Source: Clostridia bacterium (lineage in GTDB: Bacteria > Bacillota > Clostridia > TANB77 > CAG-508). From it: 64,000 nucleotides of DNA. The stretch is from NCBI GenBank assembly GCA_017536685.1, contig JAFXGW010000009.1, positions 15,660 to 79,659 of the forward strand, given 5' to 3'. Shown piece after piece: positions 61,002 through 64,000 of this stretch. Below the pieces are notes generated by a model. The model was not told the origin of the DNA and did not search any database. It was given only the letters and a program-made list of their open reading frames with translations. Position 1 is the first letter of the stretch, and every line of letters begins with the position of its first letter. Both the position numbers and the translations under genes were made by a program.

Positions 61002-62870
61002 ATGTATGAAAGAAGTGCAATAGTATTAGAAAGATACTTCGAAAATCTGTTAGGATACAGAAAAGAAGGAAATATAAGAGATAACTTCAATAATTATTGT
61101 GATTTAGTTGAAAAACTAGAAAAATACCAAATTAATTATGAAAAAGAACTTGCTGCTACAGAAGAGTTTGAAGAAAGTTTGAAAAAAATTAGATTAGTCC
61201 AAGCCTCTCAAAAAAAATTGTATGAAAAAAGTGTAAAATTAGAATATAATAGAAATTTGCTATTTAACAATATTGAAGCGAAAATTGATGATACAAGAAA
61301 ATGTATTGAAAAAATTGAAGCTGATGTAGAAAAAAATAACAAAGAAATGGCTGATTCAAAAGAAAAATTAATAAATGCATTAACAGTATACAATGAGAAA
61401 AGATTTGAACTTTCAAAATGTAAGAGATATAAAAAAATGGCAGAAAAAGCATATACAGATGCCTATGAAATTGCTGTAAATAATTATGATTCGATTTCAC
61501 CAGAAACAATAGAATTTGCAAAAGAATTTGCTAATTTTGATGATGCAGAGGATATAATAGTTGAACTTGAAAATAATGGAAAAAATGAAAAGATTCCATT
61601 TAATGAAGATGTTATAAGAAATGCAACAGTTTATGGAATTGAAACTGCAAAAAAAGAGGTTGCAGGATATATTATTTTACATGAAAAAATGACCAAATTA
61701 TTAGCGGATATTGAAGAAGGTGCAACAAAAATAGAATTGCACAAACAATATGCTAGAAATGAAAAATCAAAAATGGATTTTATTTATGCTGTAAAAGATT
61801 ATTTAACTCAATTTTTAGATTATGAGAGAATGACTGTAATCCATGGAAGAAAATCTCACAATAGATTAATGAGTGAGGCATGCGAAAATTTTGAAGCTGA
61901 TATAATTCAAATAAATAATTTGTTTGAATTATTAGTAAAAGAAATTACAAATAAATCTACTAAAAAGGCATATAAAGAATTATATAATAAAAAATATTTA
62001 TTAGATATTCAAGAAAAAGATGAAAAGTTCAAGAGGGAAAAAAATCGTGTTAATCTAAATACAGCTACACTTATTAATTCAAATTATTGGAGAATAGAGG
62101 GTATTAGAGAAATTTTCACAATATTTTATAAAACAGTTTCAGAAGTTCTTGGTAGAAACGTAGATGAATTTGATGTACTAAAAACAGAAAGTGATGAATT
62201 TCAAGAAAATACAGCAATAGAAACAGATAAAGATAGTTATGTTGAAGAACCACAAGAAGTTGAGAAAATTCCATTTGAAATTGATGATTCTAAAAAGAGA
62301 AAAGCTAAGAGTATTACAATTGAAGAAGATGATGATGATGATGATTTAAAACCATATGTATATAGCGATAATGACGAAGAAGATGAAGATGACGAGGAAT
62401 ATTCTGCATCTCAATACTTAGAAAAAGACAGTTTTAACAAATTTGAAAAAAACAATTTAAATGAATTAGATGACGAAATAGAAGATGATGATTATAATAC
62501 AGCTGATGATATGATTGATGACTTAGTACAAAATTTCCAAAATGAAACATCAGATGAAGATTTTGATATTTTTGGAGAGAAATATAAAGAAATAGATTCT
62601 TCAGAAAAAATCAAAGAAAAAACGAAAAAAGTTTCAAAAGATACAAATTCAAAGAAAAAGAATGAGGAAATACTTGAAACAAGTAAATATGATTTTGAAG
62701 ATGATGAAGAAACACTATTTGCAGACATAAAAACAGTAAAAAAACGTGGAAAAGCCAAAAATGAGATTCAAGAGATGAAAGTAGAAGAATCAAAACCAAA
62801 AACAATAATAAAGAAAGTAAGAAAAATAGCTAAAACAAAAAAGAAAACAGCAGAAAGTGATATTTGGTAA
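61002..62870 (+). CDS. hypothetical protein with a coiled-coil N-terminal half and an extremely acidic C-terminal half (622 aa)
   Basis: A GGGGG RBS precedes the start. No TM segment and no enzymatic motif are seen. D/E runs are present (EEDDDDDDLKPYVYSDNDEEDEDDEEY) and the extreme C-terminus is lysine-rich. Confidence 0.7.
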   Translation: MYERSAIVLERYFENLLGYRKEGNIRDNFNNYCDLVEKLEKYQINYEKELAATEEFEESLKKIRLVQASQKKLYEKSVKLEYNRNLLFNNIEAKIDDTRKCIEKIEADVEKNNKEMADSKEKLINALTVYNEKRFELSKCKRYKKMAEKAYTDAYEIAVNNYDSISPETIEFAKEFANFDDAEDIIVELENNGKNEKIPFNEDVIRNATVYGIETAKKEVAGYIILHEKMTKLLADIEEGATKIELHKQYARNEKSKMDFIYAVKDYLTQFLDYERMTVIHGRKSHNRLMSEACENFEADIIQINNLFELLVKEITNKSTKKAYKELYNKKYLLDIQEKDEKFKREKNRVNLNTATLINSNYWRIEGIREIFTIFYKTVSEVLGRNVDEFDVLKTESDEFQENTAIETDKDSYVEEPQEVEKIPFEIDDSKKRKAKSITIEEDDDDDDLKPYVYSDNDEEDEDDEEYSASQYLEKDSFNKFEKNNLNELDDEIEDDDYNTADDMIDDLVQNFQNETSDEDFDIFGEKYKEIDSSEKIKEKTKKVSKDTNSKKKNEEILETSKYDFEDDEETLFADIKTVKKRGKAKNEIQEMKVEESKPKTIIKKVRKIAKTKKKTAESDIW

Positions 62871-62876
62871 AATAGT

Positions 62877-62911
62877 GAAAATGCATTTCATAAAGAAATG
62901 CATTTTTTATT
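62877..62911 (+). terminator. rho-independent terminator
   Basis: GAAAATGCATTTC, loop ATAAA, GAAATGCATTTTT, followed by a T-rich run. Confidence 0.75.
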
Positions 62912-63228
62912 TAATAGGAAAGTTTTCTTATTAAATAAAATGCTTCGCATTACTGTTGTACTCAAATTTTATTACATAAAATTTGGCACACGAACAAGAT
63001 GGGGCAAATAAGTTTTTTGAAAAATGAATAATTTAAAATTTGCTTCTTTTGTTCTTTAATATGAATGTGTATGTTTCTTAATAGTAAATTAATCAAAATT
63101 GAAACAATAATTATGATGAAATATACTGTTTTGTAATGAGAAAGTAATATATATTGTAATATTTTTGCTTGATTCTTAAAAGGTAGCATGATATAATAAA
63201 TTTGATATTTATGTGGAAAGGAAAGAGA

Positions 63229-63990
63229 ATGAACCAAATTTTAGTATCTGAAAAATTGTATATAACCCCAGAACTAAAAAGAAAAAAAAGAATGTACAAA
63301 ATTGACTTCTTTATTTCTGTTTTTTTGGTATGCATTTTATTTTCTTACTATATATATGCAGAATATGATAAAAATAAGAATGAAGCTATTTCTAAAGAAA
63401 TATTATCAAATCTAAATTTTGAAAATAATATTGTAGATGATACTACAATTAAATTTGCGAATAATTCAATTGTAGTTATTTTAAATACTGAAGATCCATT
63501 TGAAGTTATTTATTCAGAACCAGTTGAAGAAGATACTGGAGATAATATAAATTGGCTAGAAACTGCAAGTGGAACGAGATATTATGCTGTTGCGACTGTT
63601 AATATACCAAAAATAGATTGTACATATCCTGTAATTTTAGGTAGTAATCCAGATAATGCAGAAGAATTAGAAGAACTTTTAAAAATATCACCATGTAAAT
63701 TTTGGGGACCAAATCCAAATGAAGTTGGAAACTTTTGTATAGTAGGTCATAATTATAGAAGTGATAAGTTCTTTAGTCATGTTCCAGATTTAAGTATTGG
63801 TGATAAAATTGAGATAAAGGACATAAATGGTCAGACGATAATTTATAAAATATATGACAAATATGTAGTACAACCAGATGATGTATCATGTACATCACAA
63901 AGAACCAATGGATTAAAAGAAGTTACATTAATCACTTGTACTGATGATAGTAAATTAAGAGTTATTGTAAAAGCAAGAGAAGATATATAA
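63229..63990 (+). CDS. sortase (SrtA-like transpeptidase)
   Basis: I took the start at ATG 63229, after GGAAAGGAAAGAG. There is an N-terminal TM segment (FFISVFLVCILFSYYIY). The His box is NFCIVGHNYRSDKFF. The catalytic Cys box EVTLITCTDD matches the TLxTC motif. A conserved Arg lies near the C-terminus (LRVIVKA). Confidence 0.85.
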   Translation: MNQILVSEKLYITPELKRKKRMYKIDFFISVFLVCILFSYYIYAEYDKNKNEAISKEILSNLNFENNIVDDTTIKFANNSIVVILNTEDPFEVIYSEPVEEDTGDNINWLETASGTRYYAVATVNIPKIDCTYPVILGSNPDNAEELEELLKISPCKFWGPNPNEVGNFCIVGHNYRSDKFFSHVPDLSIGDKIEIKDINGQTIIYKIYDKYVVQPDDVSCTSQRTNGLKEVTLITCTDDSKLRVIVKAREDI

Positions 63991-64000
63991 TAAAAGATTA

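Noticed and set aside
62962-63335. Minus-strand ORFs 62962..63237 and 63111..63335 upstream of, and overlapping, the sortase start.
   Set aside because: They are AT-rich, low-complexity translations. They overlap each other and the sortase 5' region, and they have no RBS.

Overview
This is a very AT-rich Firmicutes/Clostridia-type chromosomal segment, well under 35% GC by eye, with almost all genes on the + strand. Sporulation-linked genes (cwlD, a SpoVD/PBP2B-type PBP, yaaT) point to an endospore-former.

Recognisable core genes:
- tRNA-Arg(CCU).
- tadA, which is frameshifted.
- A short SRP RNA followed by dnaX-ybaB-recR, then yvcK.
- cwlD.
- An OmpR-type response regulator, and a PAS histidine kinase that is frameshifted.
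- lepB-holB-yaaT, mtaD, and a 56-aa clostridial ferredoxin missing from the ORF track.
- An XRE regulator, an HD hydrolase, a J-like membrane protein, a class B PBP, dapF and a sortase.

Three very large genes dominate the accessory content:
- A 1784-aa membrane protein that heads a tandem trio of paralogs.
- A 5128-aa wall-anchored multi-domain surface protein.
- A 2670-aa cyclic beta-1,2-glucan-synthase-like enzyme.

The most interesting locus is nt 1-12829 and its neighbours up to about 18.2 kb. It is an operon of three translationally coupled, signal-peptide-bearing polytopic membrane paralogs with huge charged tails. Two N-terminally anchored accessory proteins follow. Next come a membrane-anchored G5/SH3/glucosaminidase peptidoglycan hydrolase and a pair of anchored paralogs. 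The locus ends at a tRNA-Arg whose 3' end is duplicated around a structured 90-nt insert. I saw no ATPase, integrase or relaxase in the window. I read it as an uncharacterised envelope apparatus, possibly related to VirB6/VirB8 (type IV secretion / conjugation) proteins, but that assignment is inference only.

All calls rest on reading the sequence and the ORF translations. No database search was run.
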